Shown: positions 20,291-21,083 of the stretch, one piece after another
Numbering within the stretch: the stretch's first letter is position 1
Layout: the number at the start of each line of letters is the position of its first letter
Origin: Ancylonema sp.
Taxonomy: Eukaryota
NCBI GenBank assembly: GCA_050230475.1
Contig: JBFLGF010000038.1
Span: 62,001-83,083, forward strand
DNA: 21,083 nucleotides
Direction: 5' to 3'
The notes under the pieces: model-generated
Told to the model about the DNA's origin: nothing
Seen by the model: only the letters and a program-made list of their open reading frames with translations
Database searches by the model: none
Position numbers and translations under genes: made by a program

Positions 20291-21083
20291 TAGGGTGGCG
20301 GTAACCCGCTTTTTTTTTGTCCGGTTTAAAAATAACCCGCATATACCACCCTAACATACCCCTAGTTACCCCCACCGTACCCTCAAAACCCCTTAAATAC
20401 CCGGAAATATCCCTTAAAACCCTCAAATACCCGGAATAACCCGAGCATATCCGAACATATCCTTAGGGTACTATACCCTATCAAAAGCTATAATAAAAAA
20501 ATTAAAAAAAATGAACTTTCCATCACTAAAATTTGAATGTTAAGAGAGTCTCTTTGAAAGACACGCAATGGTAAAACCTAGACGTTGTATACACGAGTAT
20601 TTGACGGTATCGTTGTAAATAGCATGGAGCATGTCAACCACAGTGACTCGCTCATCTTATTCTTCCAAAAGATCCACATTCCGCCGAAAGTGTTCCACAC
20701 ATTTCTCATGAGATGGTTCTTTTTCACCAACTGACTCTTGCGTATCAAGTGACATGTCCATGACGGAAAATGGTTGCTACAGTGTCCCCAAGCCTCAACA
20801 AAAAAATCAGCCACCCACCCACAGCTATCCACGACCTCTACACAAGGCCGATCTGGGCAGCCTCAAGACTCTCTAAGCCACCAGCGACAATAAGACTCTT
20901 ATAGCAATCTCTCTTATCATAAGAGACCTATCAGTGACAAAAAAAATCCCGGAAGAACCTACCACAACCTACCCTGATGTACCTTTGAATACCCTAGAAT
21001 ACCCTCAAATACCCTCATATACCCCTCCTCGTATACCCTCAAAAACCCTCAAATACCTTAAGGTATTCCGGATATTTTCGGGT
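20291..21083. mobile_element. Probable hAT-type DNA transposon end with subterminal TACCC repeats (runs off the window)
   Basis: Starts TAGGGTGGCGG, resembling hAT TIRs that begin (T/C)AGGG. Two arrays of ~10-11-bp AAATACCC(TC/GG) repeats follow (20330-20480 and 20975-21083). The partner TIR and TSD are not visible in the window. Confidence 0.5.

Overview
Eukaryotic nuclear DNA, probably from a streptophyte alga or other green-lineage organism. This is inferred from the plant-type gene families, GT-AG spliceosomal introns and CCCTAAA telomere-like motifs. Two intron-containing genes lie on the minus strand. The first is a 3-exon, ~729-aa triple-CCCH zinc-finger protein of the ZC3H11A / plant C3H17-like type (469-4179). 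The second is a 27-exon, ~1850-aa CHD1-type chromatin remodeller (CHR5; 8662-19930), whose exons I joined by hand with consistent phases. Its introns are unusual: most have G-runs after the donor, several long ones end in C-runs, and several short ones have no polypyrimidine tract. Between the genes (~4500-8330) is an AT-rich block that reads as one long decayed, intronless plus-strand reading frame of unrecognised origin. It is interrupted by three insertions flanked by target-site duplications (TSDs), including a clean PIF/Harbinger (Tourist-like) MITE at 7501-8132; removing the second and third rejoins a single frame, and the first needs one extra 1-nt shift. A probable hAT-type element end begins just upstream of CHR5 (20291 onward). 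Most other ORFs in the supplied track are artefacts of G/C-run low complexity.
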